Below are positions 1 through 8,749 of a DNA stretch of 64,000 nt, one piece after another. This DNA comes from a virus. The stretch is taken from the IMG/VR virus record IMGVR_UViG_3300037189_015081, positions 52,682 through 116,681 of that record. One strand, given 5' to 3'. The first letter of the stretch is position 1; each line of letters starts with the position of its first letter. The translations under genes were made by a program, and so were the position numbers. The notes below the pieces were generated by a model, which worked only from the letters and a program-made list of their open reading frames with translations, made no database searches and was not told the DNA's origin.

Positions 1-804
1 TACGTCGGTGGACAGGCCAGTTCGGTAAGTGACGGAAGCTCCGCTGGCGCCAGCAACCCTGACGAAAAGTCCGTCCAGCAGAGCCTGCAGAAGCTTGGAC
101 TCTACAGCGGTCCTATCGACGGTATCTTTGGTCCTAACTCGTGGAAGGGTGTACAGACGTTCCTTACACAGCAGAAGGTCAAGATCGACCACATCGACGG
201 TGTTCCCGACGCTGAGACCAACCGCGGTCTGCAGACGTACGCCAAGAAAGGTGGTTACACTGGTCCCGTTGACGGTATCCTTGGACCAAAGTCCTGGGCT
301 GGTTTTGCTGCCGCGTTGAAGAAGGCACCTGCACCTGCACCTGCTGCCGCTGCACCAGCCGCAACTCCTGCGCCAGCTGCAACGCCAGTTGCTGACGCAG
401 CAGCGCCTGCCCCGGTCGCCACACCAGTCGCTGACGCACCAGCAAAAACCGATGCGCCAGCAGCCGTGCCAGTCGCAAAAAAGACAGCGCCTAAAAAACC
501 AGCACCAGCACCCGTACCCGTATCCAAAGAAATCCTTGAAGAACAGGAGAAGGAAATCGCTACTCTAAACGAACAACCACAGAACCAGAACCTTGGCGCG
601 ATCCTTCCAAACCCGGAAAGCCGTCGCATCGCATACGCCGTTTACACTGGCGCGTCGGTACTCGTAACCAACGTCGCCATTGGCTACTCCGCTCTGCACG
701 CAGAGTTCCCGGGTTGGTTGACCGTCGCCATCGCGGTAATTGGTAACCTGGCAGTGCCATTCGGTGCACTCGCCATCGCGAACTCTTCACCCAAAAAGAA
801 GTAA
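1..804 (+). CDS. endolysin C-terminal part (5'-truncated): peptidoglycan-binding repeats, Pro/Ala linker, C-terminal 2-TM holin-like segment
   Basis: Frame 1 is open from base 1 into the 316..804 ORF: YSGPIDGIFGPNSWKGVQ and YTGPVDGILGPKSW PG-binding repeats, an APAPAA linker, then two hydrophobic helices ending in SPKKK. Confidence 0.8.
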   Translation, partial: YVGGQASSVSDGSSAGASNPDEKSVQQSLQKLGLYSGPIDGIFGPNSWKGVQTFLTQQKVKIDHIDGVPDAETNRGLQTYAKKGGYTGPVDGILGPKSWAGFAAALKKAPAPAPAAAAPAATPAPAATPVADAAAPAPVATPVADAPAKTDAPAAVPVAKKTAPKKPAPAPVPVSKEILEEQEKEIATLNEQPQNQNLGAILPNPESRRIAYAVYTGASVLVTNVAIGYSALHAEFPGWLTVAIAVIGNLAVPFGALAIANSSPKKK

Positions 805-819
805 CCACGCGAACAAATG

Positions 820-860
820 AAGAAACCTCCCTGGTGAAAACCGGGGAGGTTCTTCTTTTA
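820..860. terminator. intrinsic terminator between convergent genes
   Basis: AACCTCCCTGGT-GAAA-ACCGGGGAGGTT stem followed by CTTCTTTT. Confidence 0.8.
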
Positions 861-870
861 CGCGAGGAAA

Positions 871-1005
871 CTAAACCTGCTTAGTTACAAGGCGACCCTT
901 AGCGTGATCAAAAACCTTTGGGCGCTTCTTATACGCCTTGTGGTTGTTACGATCCGTGGTCTCCTTTGCGACAGGCTTACCGCCGCCACCCTTACCTTTA
1001 GCCAT
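871..1005 (-). CDS. small basic protein, 44 aa (MAKGKGGGGKPVAKE...)
   Basis: Hand-translated ORF below the track cutoff; directly follows 1023..1835. Confidence 0.6.
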   Translation of the reverse strand: MAKGKGGGGKPVAKETTDRNNHKAYKKRPKVFDHAKGRLVTKQV

Positions 1006-1022
1006 GAGTAGATCCTATCCGG

Positions 1023-1835
1023 TTAGTTTAAAACAATTGCCTTGGCAAACACGACACGTGACGCCATTTTTGACGCGCTAATAATCGCCAATGGTGCAGC
1101 AACACTTAGCATGGTACCGGCCCAGAGACGAGGTTCAGCCCAGTCAAAGTTCCAGTAGTTCAAGGTGTGGAACGCGTTGGCAACAACCGCTACCACGCCA
1201 AAGGCAAACATGCCAAGGACCGCACCAAAGGTTTTCTCCTTGCGACCATTATCGTCAACACGTGACGCTAAAACAAGGTACGCGATAAGGAACAACAGGT
1301 ACATCAACTCGATGAAGAAAAAGAACAACCCGCCCATCCAGGCTTGCGACAAGCCAACAAACTGGGCAACCGCGGTAATCCCGTTATATGAAACAATCGC
1401 CGATGAAACAAAGGCAAGTGAAATACCAGCAATCCATAACCAGAGAACAAGGCGCTGATCAATCTGCACCTTTGGTGCGCGACGCTCCTCCTGGTGTTGG
1501 TAACGACGCAACCTTTGCAAACGTGCCTCGTCACGAAGAAGATCGTGCTCCAATCGCGCGGGTTCATCAACACTGGTAGACGCAGACGGCGCCTGTACAG
1601 GGACCGGGATAGGAACCGTCACGGCGGCAGGTTCATACTCTGGAACCTGTTCCGTTGCGTCAGGTAACACGTCAACAAGCGGCACACGCTCCAGCGTCGC
1701 GATCTCATCAAGTGTTAGCACAGGGACATCGGAAACCACCTGTGCCGGGAATGAGGCAGGTGGCGGGGCCGGGGCTGGTTCCGGTACCTGTGCTTGAGGG
1801 TCAAACCCAAAAGGGTCAATTTGTCTTGCGTCCAT
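1023..1835 (-). CDS. membrane protein, DUF2637-like (4 TM)
   Basis: Pro-rich N-terminus then four hydrophobic helices; TATAAT 7 nt before the ATG. Confidence 0.6.
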   Translation of the reverse strand: MDARQIDPFGFDPQAQVPEPAPAPPPASFPAQVVSDVPVLTLDEIATLERVPLVDVLPDATEQVPEYEPAAVTVPIPVPVQAPSASTSVDEPARLEHDLLRDEARLQRLRRYQHQEERRAPKVQIDQRLVLWLWIAGISLAFVSSAIVSYNGITAVAQFVGLSQAWMGGLFFFFIELMYLLFLIAYLVLASRVDDNGRKEKTFGAVLGMFAFGVVAVVANAFHTLNYWNFDWAEPRLWAGTMLSVAAPLAIISASKMASRVVFAKAIVLN

Positions 1836-1894
1836 AGGTTTGATTATACCCTAAAACAGGATTAATGGATCACCAACTGTTATACAATCATTCC

Positions 1895-2083
1895 ATGGCG
1901 ATAAGCAAAAACGACCTGATCGAACACCTTGTAGAGGTGTTACTTGTCGACCATGGATACGACGATGACAATGAACTCGAATGGGACCCTGAGGACCCTG
2001 AAAGCCAGTATTCCATTATCCGCGACGACGTGGAACTAATCATCGAGGTCCTTGAAAACATCGGGTTACTCAGCGAAAACTAG
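1895..2083 (+). CDS. small acidic protein (leaderless start at 1895)
   Basis: TACAAT at 1883-1888 lies 6 nt before ATG 1895. Confidence 0.6.
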   Translation: MAISKNDLIEHLVEVLLVDHGYDDDNELEWDPEDPESQYSIIRDDVELIIEVLENIGLLSEN

Positions 2084-2307
2084 CGCTTAAGCAGCTTATC
2101 CGTTTCATCGACAATGTCGTCAATCAACGGTAGCAATCGCGCACTATACCTTGACCAGTGGTGACCACAAAACATCAAGGGCAGTTGTAGCGTTGCAATA
2201 CTCACCATTACATACGCCTGTGCCCCGCAGGAATCACAGCGATCCGAGGCGGTGAGAATCTCAAACGCCTGATCCGGGTTGGCATTAGGTAGGGTGTCAG
2301 TGTCCAT
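2080..2307 (-). CDS. actinobacterial-type small Zn-finger protein
   Basis: LTASDRCDSCGAQAYV...LMFCGHH...IVDETDKL resembles a conserved host protein family. Confidence 0.7.
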   Translation of the reverse strand: MDTDTLPNANPDQAFEILTASDRCDSCGAQAYVMVSIATLQLPLMFCGHHWSRYSARLLPLIDDIVDETDKLLKR

Positions 2308-2444
2308 TACAACAATCATACATAAAACAACCAATAGCGACTAGGCTAAACGCCAAAACTAGTGGCGCTCAGACACTCTCTAAGACACTTTCAACCCTGC
2401 GCCAGGGTAAATACATGCCGGAAAAACAGGCATATAGTCAATAT

Positions 2445-2681
2445 ATGAGCACCCTGGTCAAACCCGATGAAGCAGTAAACACTGACACTGGTGACCATGA
2501 CAAGTTCGCCCACTACGCGGAACGCGGCGAGGTCGTGCGCGCCTATATCGAAGGCATCCCGATCATCGCACTCTGCGGAAAAATATGGGTACCATTCGGT
2601 GACCCGACCAAGTACCCGGTATGCCAGACGTGTAAGGAAATAATGGATGCGCTATTCATCGGTGAAGGACATGAACAGTGA
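2445..2681 (+). CDS. DUF3039 family protein
   Basis: GDHDKFAHY...ALCGKIWVP.GDP.KYPVCQTCKEI signature; TATAGT 6 nt upstream of ATG 2445. Confidence 0.85.
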   Translation: MSTLVKPDEAVNTDTGDHDKFAHYAERGEVVRAYIEGIPIIALCGKIWVPFGDPTKYPVCQTCKEIMDALFIGEGHEQ

Positions 2682-2836
2682 TTAAATACGGTTACCAGTG
2701 CGAGCGACACCATATGATCTGGGAGGACGGTGAACACATCCCTGGAATGGAACTATCCTGCCCTAAATGTGGTGAACCAATGACACTGCTATACATGGTA
2801 AGTGAATACCAGCGGCAAGGTAAGGACAGGAACTAG
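2678..2836 (+). CDS. small Zn-ribbon protein, 52 aa
   Basis: GTG overlaps the upstream stop; YQCERHH...CPKCGEPM. Confidence 0.55.
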   Translation: MIKYGYQCERHHMIWEDGEHIPGMELSCPKCGEPMTLLYMVSEYQRQGKDRN

Positions 2837-3123
2837 TCCTCGTCGTCATCCCATTCAATGCCGTCATCGTCATCATCGGAAGACACGGAAATACCCACGC
2901 CGCCTTCCATGAAAAAATAACTGGTCAACCGTAAAGCCTGCTGCTCAGAAAAACCAGCCGACATGAACGTGATAAACAGTTCATGCATATAGAGCGCGTC
3001 CATTTGCAAGGACGTCAATGAGCTGCTCGTGAGTTCCTCGAGACTCTCAGTTTCACTGATCTCGGGTTCTTCAAACTCTTCACTATCCAAAGAGAGCACC
3101 TCCTGCAGGTTCACATACAACAA
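2833..3123 (-). CDS. acidic hypothetical protein
   Basis: ORF track; D/E-rich; start uncertain. Confidence 0.55.
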   Translation of the reverse strand: MLYVNLQEVLSLDSEEFEEPEISETESLEELTSSSLTSLQMDALYMHELFITFMSAGFSEQQALRLTSYFFMEGGVGISVSSDDDDDGIEWDDDED

Positions 3124-3224
3124 TACCGTGGGTACAACCTGGTTGAGCTTGATGACGCGCGCCTTTTAAATAACATAAACCCGCGAGGTAAACACCTACA
3201 CGGGTCTATATTAGTGCTTTGAGA

Positions 3225-3473
3225 CTAGTCCGAAACCTTACCCTCAGCGCGAAGTTTAGCCATGATCTGCTCACCGAGCGCAAGCATCTCCTGCGTAAAC
3301 GCGTCACCGTCATCGATACGCGAACGACGAACCGTGTGACCACCAGGCGCGTACCTGAGAGCGGTATCGCGGGAAACACCCAGATACTCCGCGATCCGGT
3401 CGTGCGACCAGCCATTCGCACGCAATGAGCGCATCTCGCGAATCATTCTTTCGGTAACCTTTACATACTTCAA
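3225..3473 (-). CDS. helix-turn-helix DNA-binding protein
   Basis: LRANGWSHDRIAEYLGVSRDTALRY HTH. Confidence 0.75.
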   Translation of the reverse strand: MKYVKVTERMIREMRSLRANGWSHDRIAEYLGVSRDTALRYAPGGHTVRRSRIDDGDAFTQEMLALGEQIMAKLRAEGKVSD

Positions 3474-3757
3474 AGTGAAGCCTCCTCGATACTTACGACC
3501 CTCGTGGTCCAGCGAAACGTTGTAATCTCTGGGTCAATCGCGATAGCACTCGACGATATACCCATAAGTTGATCAACGGAACAATCAATGGCGATGAAAT
3601 CAAACCAGTCATGATCCCCGCGAAGAGTAGACGCGTCAACGGCTCCAGGGAACCGTATCGCCCGGTAACTGTCAAGGTCAATGATGTATGTGCTACTCAT
3701 GGTTGTCACCTTGTACTTACCAGTCAGGCGATCATTCAATGTCGTAATGTCACTCAC
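3470..3757 (-). CDS. hypothetical protein
   Basis: 4-nt overlaps in the leftward operon. Confidence 0.65.
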   Translation of the reverse strand: MSDITTLNDRLTGKYKVTTMSSTYIIDLDSYRAIRFPGAVDASTLRGDHDWFDFIAIDCSVDQLMGISSSAIAIDPEITTFRWTTRVVSIEEASL

Positions 3758-3951
3758 TGAGAGTCTCCCTTAATAAGCGCAAGAGCAAAACAGGCCGCGC
3801 AATCATCAATGTACATTTTCTTATCCCCTTGATGTTGCGCCGTGAACTCGCTATGCTCAGAATCAAGCAGCGCGATAATACGCTCACGTTCCATCCACTC
3901 ACCAGTAGCAATCCCGAGCTGGTACGCGTCCTCGACGCTATCCCCTGTCAC
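3754..3951 (-). CDS. hypothetical protein (ERERI motif)
   Basis: Coupled overlap; AYQLG...ERERIIALLD. Confidence 0.6.
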   Translation of the reverse strand: MTGDSVEDAYQLGIATGEWMERERIIALLDSEHSEFTAQHQGDKKMYIDDCAACFALALIKGDSQ

Positions 3952-4346
3952 TTCTCCATCCCGTACTTTGAATGATCAATCGAAAGATCAATACCCGCCA
4001 GGCGAAGCTCATTGATAATCGCGTCAATGTTCCACTTAATCGCGTCACGCTGAACAGGCAGCATCAACCCGTAAAACTCTGGTTCACCAAACAACTCTTC
4101 AAGAACCCGGATCTCATATTCCCCGGTTTTCTTATCGATCAAAAGATTAAAGGTAATGTCCTTACCAACAGACCTGGACAAATACCAGTGTGTACCTCGC
4201 TGGTCAATAAACCCGAGATTGCGCATCTTATCCACTACCGGAGAATGCTTCTGTTGCTCAGCGTTCTCCCTTGTTTTCGCAAAAACACGAACCACGACGT
4301 ATACGAGAAGTATACCAATCGCTACAAAAATCATTTTCAGTCTCAC
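3948..4346 (-). CDS. N-terminally anchored membrane protein
   Basis: Hydrophobic N-terminus; coupled overlaps. Confidence 0.6.
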   Translation of the reverse strand: MRLKMIFVAIGILLVYVVVRVFAKTRENAEQQKHSPVVDKMRNLGFIDQRGTHWYLSRSVGKDITFNLLIDKKTGEYEIRVLEELFGEPEFYGLMLPVQRDAIKWNIDAIINELRLAGIDLSIDHSKYGMEK

Positions 4347-4567
4347 TTAAACAGGTTACCCGGTACTCGGCTACCAGTGTTCACAATCTCGATGACACGA
4401 GAAAGACTAACAAGAAGCCATTGCGCGTTTTCAAGCTCGAGTTCCTGTGCGTACTCGTCATTTAAATCCCGTACAATACGGTCACGCTCAAGCGCAACAG
4501 CGTCACAGGCGGGGCAGGTGTCCTCTTCCGAAAAGAAAACATTGTGTTTCTCGCAACTAGGATTCAC
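4343..4567 (-). CDS. hypothetical Zn-binding protein
   Basis: CEKH...CPAC; ERDRI motif. Confidence 0.6.
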   Translation of the reverse strand: MNPSCEKHNVFFSEEDTCPACDAVALERDRIVRDLNDEYAQELELENAQWLLVSLSRVIEIVNTGSRVPGNLFK

Positions 4568-4707
4568 TTTGGGTCGCCACCAATACGATCCTTGAGCGCG
4601 CTCTTCTCGTCATCGGTCAACCATTTAACAGCGTCAAGTATTCGTAAAACACGTTCGCGTTCATGTTGAATACCCTGGCGGTATGCCCTTGTGTTCTTGT
4701 TCTCCAC
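4564..4707 (-). CDS. small protein, 47 aa (ERERV motif)
   Basis: Hand translation MENKNTRAYRQGIQHERERVLRILD; GAGG RBS. Confidence 0.55.
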   Translation of the reverse strand: MENKNTRAYRQGIQHERERVLRILDAVKWLTDDEKSALKDRIGGDPK

Positions 4708-4765
4708 CTTACACCTCTTCTCCTTGGATCAATGTTTACCCGTTACGCGGGTGCGCAAAGGGAAC

Positions 4766-5038
4766 CTAGTCATCACCCTGTCGACGTGACAGGAGCAACA
4801 TTGCGTGTTTAAACCCTGCCTCAAATGAAACCTTGTCAACGTTCAAAGGGAGACAGTTATCGTCGTGCACATGCGCCTCGGTTTCCTCGAGAATATCGAG
4901 ACCACGTAGACGACCGCGAACAACACCCTGGTAGTGCGCGTAGTGTAATACCTCGTTAAACACGCTCTCAAGGAGTTCACGATGCGACCGGTCCAGGTTC
5001 TTAAACTTGAAACCGTACCTGTTCTTTTTCTTTGTCAC
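4766..5038 (-). CDS. hypothetical protein
   Basis: Operon position with 4-nt overlap. Confidence 0.6.
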   Translation of the reverse strand: MTKKKNRYGFKFKNLDRSHRELLESVFNEVLHYAHYQGVVRGRLRGLDILEETEAHVHDDNCLPLNVDKVSFEAGFKHAMLLLSRRQGDD

Positions 5039-5340
5039 TGGGTACCTGCCAGTTTTCGTTCAACGTACTCGATACCACGCTGATGAGCGGCAAGGGCGTC
5101 ATCGAGTGTGTGGGTGCGCTCAACCCAGTCGTCCTGGAAATCACTGTCGGGTGGGAAAACCATTGTCTCAAAGATCAATGGTTTCTTATGCTTACCCCAG
5201 TCGTCGATACCAAGCCAGACCGTTGAGACAAACCAGCCGTCGATCTTCTTGGATGCAACATGGCGATACTCCTGGTCACTGAACAACTCAAGGAGCTTTT
5301 CCCGGGTAATCGGTTTACCTGTTTTGTCGAAGTACTTCAC
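5035..5340 (-). CDS. conserved phage hypothetical protein
   Basis: VSTVWLGID...PLIFETMVF...ALAAH motif seen in phage proteins; AGGAAAGG RBS. Confidence 0.7.
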   Translation of the reverse strand: MKYFDKTGKPITREKLLELFSDQEYRHVASKKIDGWFVSTVWLGIDDWGKHKKPLIFETMVFPPDSDFQDDWVERTHTLDDALAAHQRGIEYVERKLAGTQ

Positions 5341-5361
5341 TGCGTCACTGCCTTTCCTATG

Positions 5362-5820
5362 CTACGCGTTTGCCCGAATAGCTGCGCGCTGTACACCGAA
5401 ATAGAGAGGTTGCGATGAGGACAGGCCGAGACCCTTCGCGATCTTTGCAAGGGAAACACCGTTCTCATACTCGAGTGCGAGCTGGTCGTGGTACGCCTCT
5501 GGTCCTTGAAGCTTTGCCTCGCGAATACGCTCAATGGCGAGCTCGGTTTCCTCCGGGGTTGCACGTGAACGTGAACGATTTGGCAGGGCGGGTAGTTCAC
5601 TTGTCATAACGCGCCGACGCAACCCAGCGTATGTTACGCCGAGTTCCTTTGCCATGGCGACAAGGCTACCACCCTTATCCGTGTATTCAACGAGAAGTCG
5701 AGTGTATTCGCGGCTGGCCTCATGCTCGGGTGTTACATGCGTACGTGAACCATACGCCCGTTTTGCGAGTGGGAGAAGACGCTCAAGCTGCGCGCCATAC
5801 TCGCTAACAAGGTCAGTCAT
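5362..5820 (-). CDS. double-HTH DNA-binding protein
   Basis: SLVAMAKELGVTYAGLRRR and VSLAKIAKGLGLS; GAAAGGA RBS. Confidence 0.75.
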   Translation of the reverse strand: MTDLVSEYGAQLERLLPLAKRAYGSRTHVTPEHEASREYTRLLVEYTDKGGSLVAMAKELGVTYAGLRRRVMTSELPALPNRSRSRATPEETELAIERIREAKLQGPEAYHDQLALEYENGVSLAKIAKGLGLSSSQPLYFGVQRAAIRANA

Positions 5821-5844
5821 TGTGTTGTTGTTCCTTTCAGTTGC

Positions 5845-6186
5845 CTAGTCGACGAGAATGTCAACAAGGATTTTCAGTGTTTTTACAGAGAATAGTTGCA
5901 CCGTGACAAGTGCGCGTAACGCGGTTTCGATCGAGGATATAAAGGTACCAGTTACCTTGTGGTTGACCGGGTCCTCAAGAGTGAACACACCGGTTGCGCC
6001 CCTAGCGGCGCTTGATGGTTCAAATGTTAGTGAACCAAGGTCAACACCGGCGCATGGTAGCGATAACCCGTCAATGGCGAGTGATATTGCCTGTTGGGCT
6101 ATTTCCTCGTCGACACCGGTAACGGTGACGTGTACAGTGTACAAGGGTGTCTCCTTTGTAATTGTCCTTACGTGATCCCCCTGCAA
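5845..6186 (-). CDS. hypothetical protein
   Basis: ORF track; TATAAT 5 nt upstream of the TTG. Confidence 0.5.
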   Translation of the reverse strand: MQGDHVRTITKETPLYTVHVTVTGVDEEIAQQAISLAIDGLSLPCAGVDLGSLTFEPSSAARGATGVFTLEDPVNHKVTGTFISSIETALRALVTVQLFSVKTLKILVDILVD

Positions 6187-6223
6187 AAACCATTATATAC
6201 GTGGTTTATGCTTTTTGGTACAA

Positions 6224-6490
6224 CTACCGGTACCTGTCGTCATCCTCGTCACGGTCATGAAGCGGGTCAGGGTCCATGAATGGTCCAACATCGCGCCAAG
6301 CGATCTCGCGGGTGCGCAGCGTAAGCTCCTGTGCCGCGGCGGTAATGTCCTCTGAAAGGAGCATCAGGTCAACCCGGTCATCAACGGTTTCAGGGTCGTT
6401 GACGCGTTCATTGAGTACATTGAGCGTGTTGAGTACCGTGCGCATTGCGCGCATGGTGCGTTCAGTGCGCACTTCTCGGTCCATGTCCAT
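6224..6490 (-). CDS. hypothetical protein (start re-called to 6490)
   Basis: TACGAT 6 nt before ATG; the upstream part of the track ORF runs through non-coding repeats. Confidence 0.6.
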   Translation of the reverse strand: MDMDREVRTERTMRAMRTVLNTLNVLNERVNDPETVDDRVDLMLLSEDITAAAQELTLRTREIAWRDVGPFMDPDPLHDRDEDDDRYR

Positions 6491-6531
6491 GTGTACATCG
6501 TACATTGCGGTGTAGAAACCGAGTGGTCTTT

Positions 6532-6612
6532 TCTTGCGTATCTTGCGTATCTTGCGTATCTTGCGTTTTGTCCGGCGTTCTGTCTTGCGTGTATCCTGCG
6601 CGTATCCTGCGT
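6532..6612. repeat. tandem TCTTGCGTA 9-mers plus variants
   Basis: Copies at 6532, 6541, 6550, 6559 (partial); TCTTGCGT/TCCTGCG variants to about 6612. Confidence 0.85.
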
Positions 6613-6725
6613 TTAGGCGCCGGGCGGGCACCCTGGAACACGGCGCGGCGGGGTGTGAAACTCTGGCGGGCAGGCTAAAAGCGGAGGCGGCGGAGGGAGA
6701 AAAGGGGAGAGTTTTTTGACAAAAA

Positions 6726-6870
6726 CGCTTAGTACCTGAAAGGTCATGCGAAAACACGGCGGGTCAGTACTAAGCGAAAAAGAGGGAGACGAAGAGAAAA
6801 AACGCTTAGTATCAAGGGCAAGGGTACTAAGAAAGAAGAGTGAAGAAAAAACAGTTTAGGCGCTTAGTAC
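6726..6870. repeat. five CGCTTAGTAC-type boxes in alternating orientation (iteron-like)
   Basis: 6726(+), 6767(-), 6803(+), 6824(-, partial), 6861(+), followed by an AT-rich tract to about 7030. Confidence 0.75.
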
Positions 6871-7050
6871 TATAAAAAAACTATACATGAATAGCTGAAT
6901 ACTGGATTATTTCTAGTTTACGTGTATACACCTAGGCAGGGGCCCTTAACTAAAAATAGTTCAGTATCCAACTATTGTGTATTTTAGGTATCTTTTTGTT
7001 CGTATAGTCTCAGCTTTCCTGTTACAGTATAAACAACCGAAAGGAACACC

Positions 7051-7506
7051 ATGACGCAAAACAACCCATTCTCAGCATTCGACTTCACACTCGAGGAAGC
7101 GCTCAAGATCGACGCTGAACTCACATCACGCAAACCAAGAGACGGACGCATCTGCAGCTGCGGTCACGCCGCTGCGCGACATGACGTCACAAGCGGAGTC
7201 GTCTACTGCAAACCATCAAGACTCGAATGTAACTGCCGCGCACTAAAGGTAGTACTCGAATCAGATGACGTACGACCCTTCCTGAGAAAAACCGAGGGCG
7301 CAGGTGCACTACACGCACTCGGTCGAGGAACAGCGGCAGCACTCAAAAAAGGTATCCACTTTGAGTGGGTCATTGAGCCAGTATGCGAACGCTGCAAAAC
7401 ACCAGGACCAATCAGCCCGGTACCAGTAACCAAAAACGGTATCGCCGCTCGCGAGGATACCGGGTACAATGTGCTACTCTGCGCAACGTGCAGAACAGAG
7501 GTCTAA
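7051..7506 (+). CDS. Zn-finger protein
   Basis: CSCGH, CNC, CERC, CATC; GAAAGGA RBS. Confidence 0.75.
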   Translation: MTQNNPFSAFDFTLEEALKIDAELTSRKPRDGRICSCGHAAARHDVTSGVVYCKPSRLECNCRALKVVLESDDVRPFLRKTEGAGALHALGRGTAAALKKGIHFEWVIEPVCERCKTPGPISPVPVTKNGIAAREDTGYNVLLCATCRTEV

Positions 7507-7724
7507 TGGTACATGAGATAAGAAAAATCCGTGACGGGTTATCCGCGTGCCCATGGTGGGTAAAAATCGTTGTCGCGCTCGGTATCCTGTACCTGCTAAA
7601 CCCGATCGACCTGATCCCAGACTTCATACCAGTAATCGGAGTAATGGACGACGTCGCACTCGTCCTGGTACTCTCAAACCTAGTGAGGAAATATGCTGAC
7701 ACCAAAGATGCAACAAAACTTTGA
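7506..7724 (+). CDS. DUF1232 (YkvA-like) membrane protein
   Basis: LYLLNPIDLIPDFIPVIGVMDD signature; ATG overlaps the upstream TAA. Confidence 0.85.
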   Translation: MVHEIRKIRDGLSACPWWVKIVVALGILYLLNPIDLIPDFIPVIGVMDDVALVLVLSNLVRKYADTKDATKL

Positions 7725-8367
7725 CGTGCTAATCGCAACACCAGGAAGAATGCTGCACGCCGAATACGTGCAGTCCCTTGTCGAAACCTGTGCAGCACTC
7801 GACCAGCAACACATCACATACAAGTTCCTGAACAAATACTCGAGCCTTGTTGCGTCCGCTCGTGAACTCACAATCCTGGACTCGTACTCACATGAGTACG
7901 GACGGGTCAATGAGGTTGCGTCCGGGAAATACAAGTACAAGAAGATCATGTGGATCGACTCGGATATCTCATGGGAACCGCACGAGTTTCTGAGACTCTA
8001 CCAGAGCGACAAGGACATCATCGGTGGACTCTATCAGACGGGTCCAGACGGAACGGTCGCCGTGTCAATGAACGACAAAAACGGGAACCCGAGATTTGTG
8101 AACAAGAGCGAGTTCATCCTTGACGCTGAACCGATCAAGGTAGACGGGTTAGGTTTCGGCTTCCTGTGTGTCGGTGCAGGTGTCTTTGAAAAGATGCAGC
8201 GACCATGGTTCAAGACGAGAACAATGCAGTGGCCGGACGTTCCATACGAGACTGATATGGGTGAGGACTACTCCTGGTGTGTTGGCGCCAAGGATGCTGG
8301 TTTCGATATTTGGCTCGACCCGCTTGTGAATGTTGAGCACCACAAGGAAACCATCTACATGATATAA
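7693..8367 (+). CDS. glycosyltransferase (GT-A fold, GT2-like)
   Basis: VLIATP, MWIDSDI (DxD), GFGFL, GEDYSWC. Confidence 0.8.
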   Translation: MLTPKMQQNFDVLIATPGRMLHAEYVQSLVETCAALDQQHITYKFLNKYSSLVASARELTILDSYSHEYGRVNEVASGKYKYKKIMWIDSDISWEPHEFLRLYQSDKDIIGGLYQTGPDGTVAVSMNDKNGNPRFVNKSEFILDAEPIKVDGLGFGFLCVGAGVFEKMQRPWFKTRTMQWPDVPYETDMGEDYSWCVGAKDAGFDIWLDPLVNVEHHKETIYMI

Positions 8368-8374
8368 TAGAATC

Positions 8375-8749
8375 ATGAATGACGAACAAGAGCTGACCGC
8401 TGAGGCGGAGGCAAAAACCGAACCGACAAAACCAATCAAACCACGACGCACATCAAATGACGACCCTGCCGGGTACAAAGGTGGACGACGCGTAACACGC
8501 CAATCCCGATGCGGATGGTGCATGGACGACCTGCACGAAAAATGCAAACACGAAATCGCGCACTTCGACAAGCTCAGCATTTGCGCCTGCGACTGCAACA
8601 ATGACTGGACACCACGCGACCTTGGTAGCGGTGAAATCATCGACACTCCACGACCAGCAGTCGAGGACTTGGACAGCGAAGACGATGATGAAACCCAGGA
8701 ACCAGCAGCATCCAAGCCACACACCGTGAGACGCAAGACGACGCACTAA
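8375..8749 (+). CDS. Cys/His-rich hypothetical protein (leaderless)
   Basis: CGWC...HEKC...CACDC; TGATATAAT 6 nt before ATG. Confidence 0.7.
   Translation: MNDEQELTAEAEAKTEPTKPIKPRRTSNDDPAGYKGGRRVTRQSRCGWCMDDLHEKCKHEIAHFDKLSICACDCNNDWTPRDLGSGEIIDTPRPAVEDLDSEDDDETQEPAASKPHTVRRKTTH

Noticed and set aside
6491-6757. N-terminal extension (RKIRKIRKIRK) of the 177-aa minus-strand ORF
   Set aside because: This is a translation of the non-coding 9-mer repeats; a leaderless start at 6490 is more plausible.
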